From a virus (Duplodnaviria; Caudoviricetes): 26,324 nucleotides of DNA. The position numbers and the translations under genes are program-made. The number at the start of each line of letters is the position of its first letter. The first letter of the stretch is position 1. Below the pieces are notes generated by a model that saw nothing but the letters and a program-made list of their open reading frames with translations, ran no database searches and was not told where the DNA came from. The DNA lies in the IMG/VR virus record IMGVR_UViG_3300025470_000075, positions 1-26,324 of that record. One strand, written 5' to 3'. Shown in pieces: positions 8,536-16,319 of this stretch.

Positions 8536-10411
8536 CAATTTTCGCATTGTTGAGGAATTTACGCACCAGACCATCCACCGGATCAATCGACCCTGTAGCT
8601 TCAATCTGTTTCACTCTTGCCTTAGACATGCCCTGAGAGTGCAATTTCCCTCTTACATTGGTATCCCATCCCCAATAAGCAAGTCCTGCCCCAAATACCC
8701 GGTCATCATGTTTAGAAGGAGGAGCACCAATGTAACCATCGGACTCAATTTTCATGTGTCTGGCTTCTTCCAAACAAAGCAGTGATTTAATAATCATGCG
8801 CTTTGACTCAATCCCCAAATGAAGTTTATGAAGCATCTGCTCCCGAATATCAGGGGATGACTTCCATTGCAGGAGAACTCCCCCTGACAGGCTATCTGAC
8901 CTCCGATAGAGAAAGTTTTTCATGTGAAGAAGGCAATTTCTCATATCGTTATCTTCACCCGGCGCAATCTCGGCTAATTTCTGTCTTAGCTGGACAAGCT
9001 CCTGATAGACAGGACCACCGGGGCCGTTCATCTCTAGGACAAGTGTAACATGCTTAAACAATCCAGCTATGAATGCTAACGTCCATGCGAATTGGAAGGG
9101 TGATACTTGTTGCGAAGCAAATTCGGCAACTTGTTCGGTACAATCCGAATAGCACCTAAACACAGAAATGACCCCACTATCCCTGTCGGGAGAAGAACCA
9201 AAGATAGGATCGGCTCCAATGACATAGGTTCCCATTTCGGATGGTTTCTCCCAAATCTTGAAGGTTGCCATGTCTACGGGCGATTGAAACATCCGAATGT
9301 CTTGGAAGTTATCCGTGAGTTTAATCACAAAAGGTAAACAAAGCGATTGCTTGGCTCGCTTGAATGCTTCGGTCAAAGACTCGTTACTAAAGAAACTATC
9401 CCCTGTCGCAATAAAAGCATCCTCGGCTGTCCACGGCATCTCCTGATCCATCGCTGACTGATCGCCCGAACATTTGGTTTCGAGATGGAACCGATACCAC
9501 GCTATCTGTCCGGCTGTAATATTCACTCCGTACAGTTCTTTTACTTTCATCATCCGGTTACGTTCAAGTTCACCAATGACCGAGGAAGTACCTTCTGGCA
9601 TATATTTCAGATACAGCGGATGATCCTCACTGAACTCGTTTCGTTCATCTCTCCACCACCCCACAAAAATAGCTTTCTGAGCAGGTGAGTCATTCGCAAT
9701 GTCCCACATATCATGGTAGTGATTAAACCCATTCGCAGTCGATTCGTAGATGTACAATCTTTTTTTGTATTTTTCCGAGAACGTCTGACCCAGCGACTTG
9801 ATATTCTCTGCTGACCCCCAGAACGCAACCTCCGTACAATGGGCAAAGTTCGTCCCACCCGACCGTCCCAGCGTATTGGATGATGCCCTCGTTCCCGCCA
9901 CCAGATACCGGAACAATGAATGGTTCTTCAAAACCAGCATCGTCCGGTTGTTGGTTTCAAAGTCCACCTTGTACTTCATCGGCAAGGTTGCAAGGAATGT
10001 GTCAATCTGGTTTCTGAACTGATCCCTCGAACCTTCGTCGTGCGTTGCAAACACCCCCAAGAGTCCTTCGTTCTCAAACGCCCAGAACAAATCAATCGCT
10101 AGCATCAAGGTAGAAATACCCGCCTGACGGTTCTTCAAAATCACAAATGTCGTGATCCCTTCCGCCATCCCCTCCACAATCTCGTCCAGCACATACTGCT
10201 GCGAACCTAACAGACGAAACGGAATCAATCCCTCATCCCGCGACTGAATCTTCAACGCGGAAATAAATTGCATGAACCTCTCTAACGGAAACGGATCAAC
10301 CGACCCATCCGGCGCTTTCTTCTTAGCCTCGTCCTTAGCTTTCTCTAAAGCCGTCTTACTCCAGCCCTTCTTCTCTACGTCCTCTACTGGTTCCATGAAC
10401 ACCTCCGACAT
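8519..10411 (-). CDS. terL: Terminase large subunit
   Basis: ILKNRQAGIST Walker A; FAHCTEVAFW Walker B; YESTANG coupling motif; YVIGADP, LEMNGPG and HDDRVFG nuclease motifs. Confidence 0.95.
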   Translation of the reverse strand: MSEVFMEPVEDVEKKGWSKTALEKAKDEAKKKAPDGSVDPFPLERFMQFISALKIQSRDEGLIPFRLLGSQQYVLDEIVEGMAEGITTFVILKNRQAGISTLMLAIDLFWAFENEGLLGVFATHDEGSRDQFRNQIDTFLATLPMKYKVDFETNNRTMLVLKNHSLFRYLVAGTRASSNTLGRSGGTNFAHCTEVAFWGSAENIKSLGQTFSEKYKKRLYIYESTANGFNHYHDMWDIANDSPAQKAIFVGWWRDERNEFSEDHPLYLKYMPEGTSSVIGELERNRMMKVKELYGVNITAGQIAWYRFHLETKCSGDQSAMDQEMPWTAEDAFIATGDSFFSNESLTEAFKRAKQSLCLPFVIKLTDNFQDIRMFQSPVDMATFKIWEKPSEMGTYVIGADPIFGSSPDRDSGVISVFRCYSDCTEQVAEFASQQVSPFQFAWTLAFIAGLFKHVTLVLEMNGPGGPVYQELVQLRQKLAEIAPGEDNDMRNCLLHMKNFLYRRSDSLSGGVLLQWKSSPDIREQMLHKLHLGIESKRMIIKSLLCLEEARHMKIESDGYIGAPPSKHDDRVFGAGLAYWGWDTNVRGKLHSQGMSKARVKQIEATGSIDPVDGLVRKFLNNAKIDVPQS

Positions 10412-10488
10412 ACCAAGTACCTTCCATAGAACAACCTATCGCACTTCCGGCATATTCTCGGTATCAAACTCCCCAGCATCTTACGCAT
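10384..10488 (-). CDS. 34-aa zinc-ribbon peptide
   Basis: MRKMLGSLIPRICRKCDRLFYGRYLVCRRCSWNQ; overlaps the upstream stop and the terL start. Confidence 0.45.
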   Translation of the reverse strand: MRKMLGSLIPRICRKCDRLFYGRYLVCRRCSWNQ

Positions 10489-10633
10489 TCTTCTTTCTCC
10501 AATATCTCTTACGACACGCATCCCCACAAAACATCGAATACTTCCGCGCATAGTACTCTTTCCCACACTCCGTGCATACCTGCTTATCCGCGTTCACTGG
10601 CAGGTTACAATGTCTACATAGCTTTAACTGCAT
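10481..10633 (-). CDS. 50-aa zinc-finger protein, first gene of late operon
   Basis: MQLKLCRHCNLPVNADKQVCTECGKEYYARKYSMFCGDACRKRYWRKKNA (my translation; below the ORF-track cutoff). CxxC..FCxxxCR is a common phage Zn motif. Confidence 0.65.
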   Translation of the reverse strand: MQLKLCRHCNLPVNADKQVCTECGKEYYARKYSMFCGDACRKRYWRKKNA

Positions 10634-10679
10634 GTCTTTACTGGATATTGACGGTTATTACGCAAATCATCATGGCCGG

Positions 10680-10708
10680 ATTATACCGACGTTATTCGTG
10701 ACTGTCAT
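10680..10708 (-). promoter_or_regulatory. Candidate late-operon sigma70 promoter
   Basis: Minus strand ATGACA-N17-TATAAT, 46 nt upstream of the first late ORF. Confidence 0.6.
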
Positions 10709-10719
10709 TTTATTTTTTT

Positions 10720-10796
10720 GGGGGGGGTAGATGGTGTTGCATCCGCACTGCGTTCAACAAACACCCGAGGGGGGGGGCCGGGGGACGGGGGGCAGG
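10720..10796 (+). repeat. G-tract cluster (G8, G9, G5, G6)
   Basis: T7G8 at 10713-10727 and GGGGGGGGGCCGGGGGACGGGGGGCAGG at 10769-10796. Confidence 0.9.
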
Positions 10797-10878
10797 TAGC
10801 TGATTTTCCTAATTAAACAGTCGTTCAATATAGCGCATGAATAGCCTCTATTTTCCATAATCAATATTATACAACTTT

Positions 10879-10891
10879 TAACTTATTGATA
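10879..10891 (-). promoter_or_regulatory. IHF site
   Basis: Minus strand TATCAATAAGTTA matches WATCAANNNNTTR. Confidence 0.6.
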
Positions 10892-10923
10892 TATATAGAT
10901 TCTCGTTTTATGAGGGAGGTCTA

Positions 10924-10940
10924 TTACTACATATAGTAGT
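10924..10940. promoter_or_regulatory. NrdR-box-like palindrome
   Basis: TTACTACATATAGTAGT matches the core CwAnATaTwGt of the NrdR box. Confidence 0.5.
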
Positions 10941-10951
10941 CGCAATCATGC

Positions 10952-10968
10952 TGCCTATTTTTTAGGCA
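10952..10968. promoter_or_regulatory. NtrC-like palindrome
   Basis: TGCCTATTTTTTAGGCA = TGC-N11-GCA with an AT-rich core. Confidence 0.5.
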
Positions 10969-10980
10969 ACACTCGGTTTA

Positions 10981-10996
10981 TTAACCAATTTTTAAC
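10981..10996 (+). promoter_or_regulatory. CtrA full site
   Basis: TTAA-CCAATTT-TTAAC is an exact match to TTAA-N7-TTAAC. Confidence 0.6.
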
Positions 10997-11008
10997 CAAA
11001 TTTATGGC

Positions 11009-11021
11009 TAACCTATTGTTT
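11009..11021 (-). promoter_or_regulatory. IHF-like site (1 mismatch)
   Basis: Minus strand AAACAATAGGTTA preceded by TATATA, as in the other two IHF sites. Confidence 0.4.
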
Positions 11022-11266
11022 TATATAGGATGCGGGCAACTCACCATACTTCTAATTTTACATAACTAAACGTAACTACAATTTCATGACGCAAAATTAC
11101 ATGATGCGTGGGCTTATGTGTCTGTGTGTCCCTTATAGGCTTGTATGTAGTGTTTATCTTGGCTTCGCCGCTTCATTAGACAGAGCGCGGCTTTCAGAGG
11201 ATTCTTGCTTGTGCGTTTTGGTGTAGTTTTGAGGATAAAAAATAATCGAGGTTTATTCCCTTTATA

Positions 11267-11279
11267 TATCAATATCTTG
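11267..11279 (+). promoter_or_regulatory. IHF site
   Basis: TATCAATATCTTG matches WATCAANNNNTTR. Confidence 0.6.
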
Positions 11280-11321
11280 TAAAATAGTGTGCACATAATG
11301 CACTTTTTTTCATTATGGGGC

Positions 11322-11396
11322 TTGCAATATATGATTCGTTATGATACATCTTGAATCACGCAAGGGAATCAACCCTAGCTAATCATAAGGGAATCA
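11322..11396 (+). promoter_or_regulatory. Early promoter with four GANTC sites
   Basis: TTGCAA-N17-TACATC (extended TG); GANTC at 11333, 11353, 11366, 11391; direct repeat AAGGGAATCA x2. Confidence 0.55.
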
Positions 11397-11399
11397 GCC

Positions 11400-11636
11400 A
11401 TGAAGTTCACTTTACAAGTTGCAGTACATGGGCAAGCCAAGGCTCGCCAGATTGAGCAAGGTTTTATTAACCACCTTACTAAACACCATTCACGCTATGG
11501 CTCGGATAGTACAGAAAGCCGCTTAATGACGCTGGCGCTTGATTATGCCAACCAGCATGGTGTTAGCGTTAGTCTAGTGAACGATACGTTGTGGCTACAT
11601 GAGTCATGGCTTAATGTAAACCAGCTTGCAGCTTAA
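11400..11636 (+). CDS. Early hypothetical protein
   Basis: 78 aa; SD-like AAGGGA; first gene after the promoter. Confidence 0.75.
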   Translation: MKFTLQVAVHGQAKARQIEQGFINHLTKHHSRYGSDSTESRLMTLALDYANQHGVSVSLVNDTLWLHESWLNVNQLAA

Positions 11637-11658
11637 CACTTAGAAGGAGGATTTTACA

Positions 11659-11925
11659 ATGTTTACCGCAATCATTAATCAACCTGGATATTTGCCAGAA
11701 TCCGAGCCGCAAGTCTTCGATAACAAAGACGATGCAGAATTGTATCTGATCGAACAACTCACGCGCCATCATGACGACACGGCGGGCAGTGAATGGCCTG
11801 CGAATGCGGAGGAGGTAAAGGCAATCAAAGATGCGGAAAAAGCTTTCTTTGATGCCATTGCCGACATTCACACGCATGGATTCGCCCGTTATCACTCTTA
11901 TGTGTATGAGATTATCAATGGATAA
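11659..11925 (+). CDS. Acidic early hypothetical protein
   Basis: Strong SD AAGGAGG; NQPGYLPESEP motif; Asp/Glu-rich. Confidence 0.85.
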   Translation: MFTAIINQPGYLPESEPQVFDNKDDAELYLIEQLTRHHDDTAGSEWPANAEEVKAIKDAEKAFFDAIADIHTHGFARYHSYVYEIING

Positions 11926-12085
11926 GTTTGATCGCTACTTGAAAGTGTGCGAATGGGCACGCAAGCGCTACACCAGCCAAGGCTCGCTCACAGTAAGCAT
12001 TGGCGGAAAACCCACTACCTACTCACGTATTGAAAACCTAGCAGCTGTAAAAATTCTTGGCTGTAATGACCATTGGAAGGAATAA
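11918..12085 (+). CDS. Early hypothetical protein
   Basis: Start reassigned to MDKFDRY, overlapping the previous stop. Confidence 0.65.
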   Translation: MDKFDRYLKVCEWARKRYTSQGSLTVSIGGKPTTYSRIENLAAVKILGCNDHWKE

Positions 12086-12090
12086 TCGCC

Positions 12091-12282
12091 ATGAATTACA
12101 TTATCGACGAATACACATTCAGAATCGCAAAGCCAATTCCGACCACCAATGTTAAGTTTTTTTCTCAAAACCAATTGCGTGAACTGGCAACACCTGAAGC
12201 CAATGCCGAATTATATCGTCGCGCTGTAATTATTGCCAATAAAGAAACTTACGAAACGCACAATGAGGCCCATCATGGATAA
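12091..12282 (+). CDS. Early hypothetical protein
   Basis: Start MNYIID with SD GAAGGA. Confidence 0.65.
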   Translation: MNYIIDEYTFRIAKPIPTTNVKFFSQNQLRELATPEANAELYRRAVIIANKETYETHNEAHHG

Positions 12283-12553
12283 AATCAAACTGGTATATGA
12301 TGCATCCGACAATGGCAATTGTCGCGTGTATTATCGCCGAGTTACTCCGGCCACCCTTGGCGCAAGGCGCAAGCTTTATTGTTTGCAGCTGGATGACGTG
12401 CGCAACAACATATTCACCTTGCTCACTTGCACGGAAGATGGCGAGCCGGAGTGCAATGTCGCTTCGATCAGCAATTACATTATCCCCAAAGCGGAGGGTG
12501 ATGAGTCAATTGACCGTGAAGTTAACCAGTTTTTAAACGGAGATTTTCGATGA
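12275..12553 (+). CDS. Early hypothetical protein
   Basis: Start MDKIKL with SD GAGG; DNGNCRVYY...LYCLQ...CTEDGEP motif. Confidence 0.75.
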   Translation: MDKIKLVYDASDNGNCRVYYRRVTPATLGARRKLYCLQLDDVRNNIFTLLTCTEDGEPECNVASISNYIIPKAEGDESIDREVNQFLNGDFR

Positions 12554-12816
12554 GCAATAAAGAGTTAACGCTAGTCATTCCTTCAAAGATTGAAGCAATG
12601 CTAACAGGGTTCTATGGTTCGTGGTCTATAGAATACCGCAATAAAACATTTACGTGCGAGGTATTCCACCAGTCACAAGGTGGCGCATCTTACGCAATCG
12701 ACGATGCAGAATATGAATATGAGGATTTACCTAAATGGGCAAAACGTTACGCTCATGAGGCAGTAAAATATATTCAAGATTGTTATACAGTTCACGCACA
12801 AGCGCGAGGAGCATAA
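12550..12816 (+). CDS. Early hypothetical protein
   Basis: ATGA coupling; SD GGAG. Confidence 0.75.
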   Translation: MSNKELTLVIPSKIEAMLTGFYGSWSIEYRNKTFTCEVFHQSQGGASYAIDDAEYEYEDLPKWAKRYAHEAVKYIQDCYTVHAQARGA

Positions 12817-12820
12817 TATC

Positions 12821-13093
12821 ATGACAAACGAAACAAAACACACGCCGGGCCCATGGATTGTTAAAAATGAATTAATCTTGTCAGAAATTAATAGATCAGT
12901 AATTGCGGACGTTTTGCACGACGCTGACATAAACCCATTAAACAATAGAAAAGCCCATGCCCGCCTAATCGCTGCCGCCCCTTATTTGTTGCAAACGCTG
13001 GAGAGAATAGCACTACATGCGCCCAGCCTTGACGTCCAAGGAATTCGAGAGGCTTGCGACGAAGCAATCGCCAAAGCACGCGGGGAGGCATAA
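12821..13093 (+). CDS. Phage early protein of the HTPGPW / ARLIAAAP family
   Basis: KHTPGPW...AHARLIAAAPYLL...AIAKARGE is a widespread phage motif. Confidence 0.85.
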   Translation: MTNETKHTPGPWIVKNELILSEINRSVIADVLHDADINPLNNRKAHARLIAAAPYLLQTLERIALHAPSLDVQGIREACDEAIAKARGEA

Positions 13094-13097
13094 AACC

Positions 13098-13625
13098 ATG
13101 CAATACCAGATAGGCCAAAAATTATTTTTCGCCACGACTAAAACAATACAAAGGGAAGTGCCTTGCCCTGTTTGTTGTGGTAAGAAATTCGTCATTGTTA
13201 TTTATGGCGATGATTCTGCCCATACGCTCGATTGCGAATGTTGCAAACGTCCGGGATATTTAGGCGATGATTTTTCAGCCGGTTTTATCACAGTTTATGA
13301 ACATGGGGAATGCATCGAGGAAATAACTATCACCAGCGCGTCGATTAGCGAAGGCGTTACTTATGGCGCAATTGATCACTACAGAATAATGGAAAAAGAC
13401 TTATTTTTGACAAAAGAAGGGGCCGCACAACGCTGCGAAGAATTGAAAAACGAAAGAAATAAAGAGGAGGAACAACGTTATAAAACTAAACAAAACGCTC
13501 GGTATTCATGGGCGTGGAATGCTTCCTATCATAAAAAATGCATTGAACGTGCACACAAAGATATTGCTTACCATACTAAAAAACTAGAAGTTGCCGACCG
13601 TCTTAAACAAGTGAAAGGGGTTTAG
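13098..13625 (+). CDS. Hypothetical protein with zinc finger and coiled C-terminus
   Basis: Start MQYQIGQ with SD GGAGG; CPVCCG...CECC. Confidence 0.8.
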   Translation: MQYQIGQKLFFATTKTIQREVPCPVCCGKKFVIVIYGDDSAHTLDCECCKRPGYLGDDFSAGFITVYEHGECIEEITITSASISEGVTYGAIDHYRIMEKDLFLTKEGAAQRCEELKNERNKEEEQRYKTKQNARYSWAWNASYHKKCIERAHKDIAYHTKKLEVADRLKQVKGV

Positions 13626-13628
13626 GCC

Positions 13629-13859
13629 ATGCTCACCGATTATTGCGAGTGCTTAAACTGTCACCAATTAGGGAGTGATTGCCATTGTATAGGCGGCCCT
13701 AGCTGGTCCATTGAAAGAAGGTTGATAGGTGAGCTTGTAAAATGGGTAAAAGAAACCCCGCACAGGTTGCACTGTTCAGCTTACAATGACCCAACGCACA
13801 AATGCGGCTGTGGTAAAGATTCCCTCATAAAACAATCAAAAGAAAGGCTAAAAGTATGA
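13629..13859 (+). CDS. Cys-rich hypothetical protein
   Basis: 76 aa; CECLNC..CHC and HC..CGC motifs. Confidence 0.65.
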   Translation: MLTDYCECLNCHQLGSDCHCIGGPSWSIERRLIGELVKWVKETPHRLHCSAYNDPTHKCGCGKDSLIKQSKERLKV

Positions 13860-14041
13860 AACCAGCTATGCAAATTAAAATTGAGAAAGCATTTAACACA
13901 AAAACAGGTGATTTATATACAGGTGGGTGCGATTATAGAGCAGCCGCTTGGGCTAATAGAAACCTTAAGGCTAATTGGGCCTTATGGACAAACGACGTGA
14001 CTAAAAAAACAGATCAATTTTTGCAATCCATTTATAAATAG
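13856..14041 (+). CDS. Hypothetical protein
   Basis: ATGA coupling. Confidence 0.6.
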   Translation: MKPAMQIKIEKAFNTKTGDLYTGGCDYRAAAWANRNLKANWALWTNDVTKKTDQFLQSIYK

Positions 14042-14049
14042 GGGGTTTT

Positions 14050-14145
14050 ATGGAAAGTGTTATTATTCGGGAGTGTTTGCGCTTCGCTGGCGTTCTTACG
14101 TTTATTTTTATTGCAATAGTGTTTTTTTCAGGGTGGGGTGCCTAA
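14050..14145 (+). CDS. 31-aa membrane peptide
   Basis: MESVIIRECLRFAGVLTFIFIAIVFFSGWGA; G-rich SD; TAATG coupling to the next gene. Confidence 0.5.
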   Translation: MESVIIRECLRFAGVLTFIFIAIVFFSGWGA

Positions 14146-14276
14146 TGGAGAAAAGCCCGTGGCATGTTTGCCTAGTTCAAATCGACGACGAGGAATATGA
14201 AAAAACCCTTAAAGAGATCATGCGTTCAATTGCAGATAACGACAACCAGCCTTTGGAGATTCCAAAAGAGGACTAA
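14145..14276 (+). CDS. Small acidic hypothetical protein
   Basis: Start reassigned to MEKSPWH. Confidence 0.55.
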   Translation: MEKSPWHVCLVQIDDEEYEKTLKEIMRSIADNDNQPLEIPKED

Positions 14277-14471
14277 ATGGAAAGTTTTGCAAGCCGCTAT
14301 TATAGCGTAATTATTCTGCCTTCTGGCAAGGAATGGGTGATCGAAAGAAACCGCGACGGGAAGCGTTCAGGAGTTTACAAAGGAGAAATTGAAGCATTCA
14401 CAAAATTAATGTTTTTGTGGTGTAGGTCTATGCGTGAATTTGATGATGTTTGTCAGAAGATTGTAAAATGA
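14277..14471 (+). CDS. Hypothetical protein
   Basis: SD GAGGA; abuts the previous stop. Confidence 0.65.
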   Translation: MESFASRYYSVIILPSGKEWVIERNRDGKRSGVYKGEIEAFTKLMFLWCRSMREFDDVCQKIVK

Positions 14472-14788
14472 GAGTATGGAAAAAAATCTATATTCCATAT
14501 TATACCCCTGAGCCTGAGCGCGAATTTAAGCGCAAAGACGGAACAACCATGACGGGCAAGGAATTTAAAAAAATCCGGCGCACGTTTGGTTTATCGCAAG
14601 AAGCTATGGGTAGAACTTTAGCAGTGCCTCCGGCGCGTTATTCTCGCAGGTGCGTAGCTTATTGGGAAGATGGTAAAAACAAAATCCCGCCCGCTGTAGA
14701 ATTGCTCATGCTGATTTTTAGAGAGCGATTTGTTTTAATCCCCTCCAAAACTAAACATCGCTTCACCCGGACGGATGTAAGTCCTTAA
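14468..14788 (+). CDS. Xre/Cro-like HTH protein
   Basis: MTGKEFKKIRRTFGLSQEAMGRTL...VAYWEDGKNKIPPAVELL; start uncertain (14468 or internal). Confidence 0.8.
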   Translation: MRVWKKIYIPYYTPEPEREFKRKDGTTMTGKEFKKIRRTFGLSQEAMGRTLAVPPARYSRRCVAYWEDGKNKIPPAVELLMLIFRERFVLIPSKTKHRFTRTDVSP

Positions 14789-16222
14789 TTCCTTGTTATA
14801 ATTCAAAGTATAATCCCCTGCCTGTCCTATGAAATAATCATCACGGGATTTTTGCACCCTTATCAAAGTTTCACCCTCTTTCGGCCTATGCACAACTATT
14901 CCTAGATCAGGCTTGTTGCTCCAGTGTGCAGAATCAGCAATGTCATAAAGCGTTGGTATTCCATCGTTATATTTATCTTTCCGTTTCATTTTTGAAGGGT
15001 GGGCGACAATCATCATGTGAACATTGTATTTGCGGGCAAATTTTTTTAGCTGCCTTATTGCAAAGCCCGTATATTCTGTTTGTGTCATCGGCCCCCTATC
15101 GTGTTCCATCTCATTCCAAGGATCGACGACAAACATATCCACCCCATGCCTTACAGCAGCAGCAGCCATTTTTTCGAGCAACCAGCCTAAAGTTACCTCG
15201 TCATCAATATTAGGCACAATAAACCTGAACTTTTCATCCATCCATTTATCAGCGTGAGCAATCTCATCCGGCTGGGCAAGTTTAGGCCGCATTCCTAGAA
15301 TCAATGTTCTTAGATTGTGCTTATGGTGCGTCTGGGGCGTTTGTTCAAAACTGGCAAAAGCAACCCTCCAGTTTGAATTTTTAGCAATGTCATAAGTGAT
15401 AAAATTGATAAACGTGGTTTTACCATGCGAAGGAATACCCGTGACCACCGAAAAATCGGCTTTGCGTATGTTAATCGGTATCACGTCAAGTTTGTGGTAC
15501 TCCTGAGGAGGTAAAGGAGCTAATTCACTCATTTTGTAAACGCCACTTACTTCCACCCACTCCGCTGCTGCAATCGTTTCTAAAACTAAATCCCTTCCAC
15601 CCTTAAGATAAACTTCGTTCAAGTCTTTCGTTCCTGCCGGGTATTTTACCCATAAACAACGGTGCTTTCCTAACCTTAGCGATAGATCATGCAACAGGTT
15701 TGCACCTGCCTTGTCACCGTCAGCACAAATCACTATTTCACCATTTGCGGGGAAACCATCCAAATAAGAGTATTTAACGCTGTCAGCACCTACCCTACTG
15801 GAGGGTGCTCCATCTGGCACTGAGCAGGCAAAAAAACCGCATTGTAGGGCTATTAAACAATCCATCTCCCCCTCAGTGATGATTAAACGGCTATTAGGGG
15901 AGTTTTGCCAGTCGGTGATTGCGTTTTGATTGTAAAAACACTTAACCGCATCTTTTTGTTGAGTAAATTGCTTTTCGCCAGACAAAGTGCGAAATTTGCT
16001 GTTGACGTGTTCTTCGCCAATAAAGAAAGGAATTTCAATACATTCACCACCTGTAAGTTGACTTGAACTTCTCCACCCAAGCCGCGTTGCTAGTTCGAGG
16101 TCTATTCCCCTGTTCTCTAGCAATTCCGCTGCTTTCTGAGTGAGAACCCCCGCTGTATCCGCAGTGGTGGCAGTTGAAAATGAAGCTTTGTCCATCGAGG
16201 GTGACTGAGAGGCATCGGTCAT
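14735..16222 (-). CDS. Toprim primase - SF4 helicase (T7 gp4/Twinkle-like) lacking its Zn-binding domain
   Basis: IITEGEMD, SVPDGA, ADGDKAG, KDLNE Toprim motifs; VTGIPSHGKTT Walker A; VVDPWN; IVAHPSK; LYDIADSAHW. Confidence 0.92.
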   Translation of the reverse strand: MTDASQSPSMDKASFSTATTADTAGVLTQKAAELLENRGIDLELATRLGWRSSSQLTGGECIEIPFFIGEEHVNSKFRTLSGEKQFTQQKDAVKCFYNQNAITDWQNSPNSRLIITEGEMDCLIALQCGFFACSVPDGAPSSRVGADSVKYSYLDGFPANGEIVICADGDKAGANLLHDLSLRLGKHRCLWVKYPAGTKDLNEVYLKGGRDLVLETIAAAEWVEVSGVYKMSELAPLPPQEYHKLDVIPINIRKADFSVVTGIPSHGKTTFINFITYDIAKNSNWRVAFASFEQTPQTHHKHNLRTLILGMRPKLAQPDEIAHADKWMDEKFRFIVPNIDDEVTLGWLLEKMAAAAVRHGVDMFVVDPWNEMEHDRGPMTQTEYTGFAIRQLKKFARKYNVHMMIVAHPSKMKRKDKYNDGIPTLYDIADSAHWSNKPDLGIVVHRPKEGETLIRVQKSRDDYFIGQAGDYTLNYNKELRTYIRPGEAMFSFGGD

Positions 16223-16319
16223 TTTTGTTTCTCCTTGTGTGAGAGCATTTAGGGCAAATTGTTTTGTTATTTCCTTGCCTTAGGTTAAAAGTAATTCCAA
16301 AATCTGATGGTTTTTTCAT
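16044..16319 (-). CDS. Stand-alone primase zinc-binding domain
   Basis: MKKPSDFGI...CPKCSHTRRNKNDRCLSV...FNCHHCGYSG; ATGA coupling to the initiator stop; out of frame with the Toprim-helicase ORF. Confidence 0.85.
   Translation of the reverse strand: MKKPSDFGITFNLRQGNNKTICPKCSHTRRNKNDRCLSVTLDGQSFIFNCHHCGYSGGSHSESSGIAREQGNRPRTSNAAWVEKFKSTYRW

Noticed and set aside
1970-10553. Plus-strand ORFs opposite the structural genes (e.g. 1970-2428, 3015-3392, 4541-4963, 5300-5644)
   Set aside because: Antisense shadows without SD or protein-like composition.
11114-11296. 60-aa minus-strand ORF in the control region
   Set aside because: No convincing SD, overlaps an IHF site, no recognisable motif; likely spurious, though not excluded.
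10800-11400. DnaA boxes or alphaproteobacterial LexA box (GTTC-N7-GTTC)
   Set aside because: No adequate match seen on either strand.
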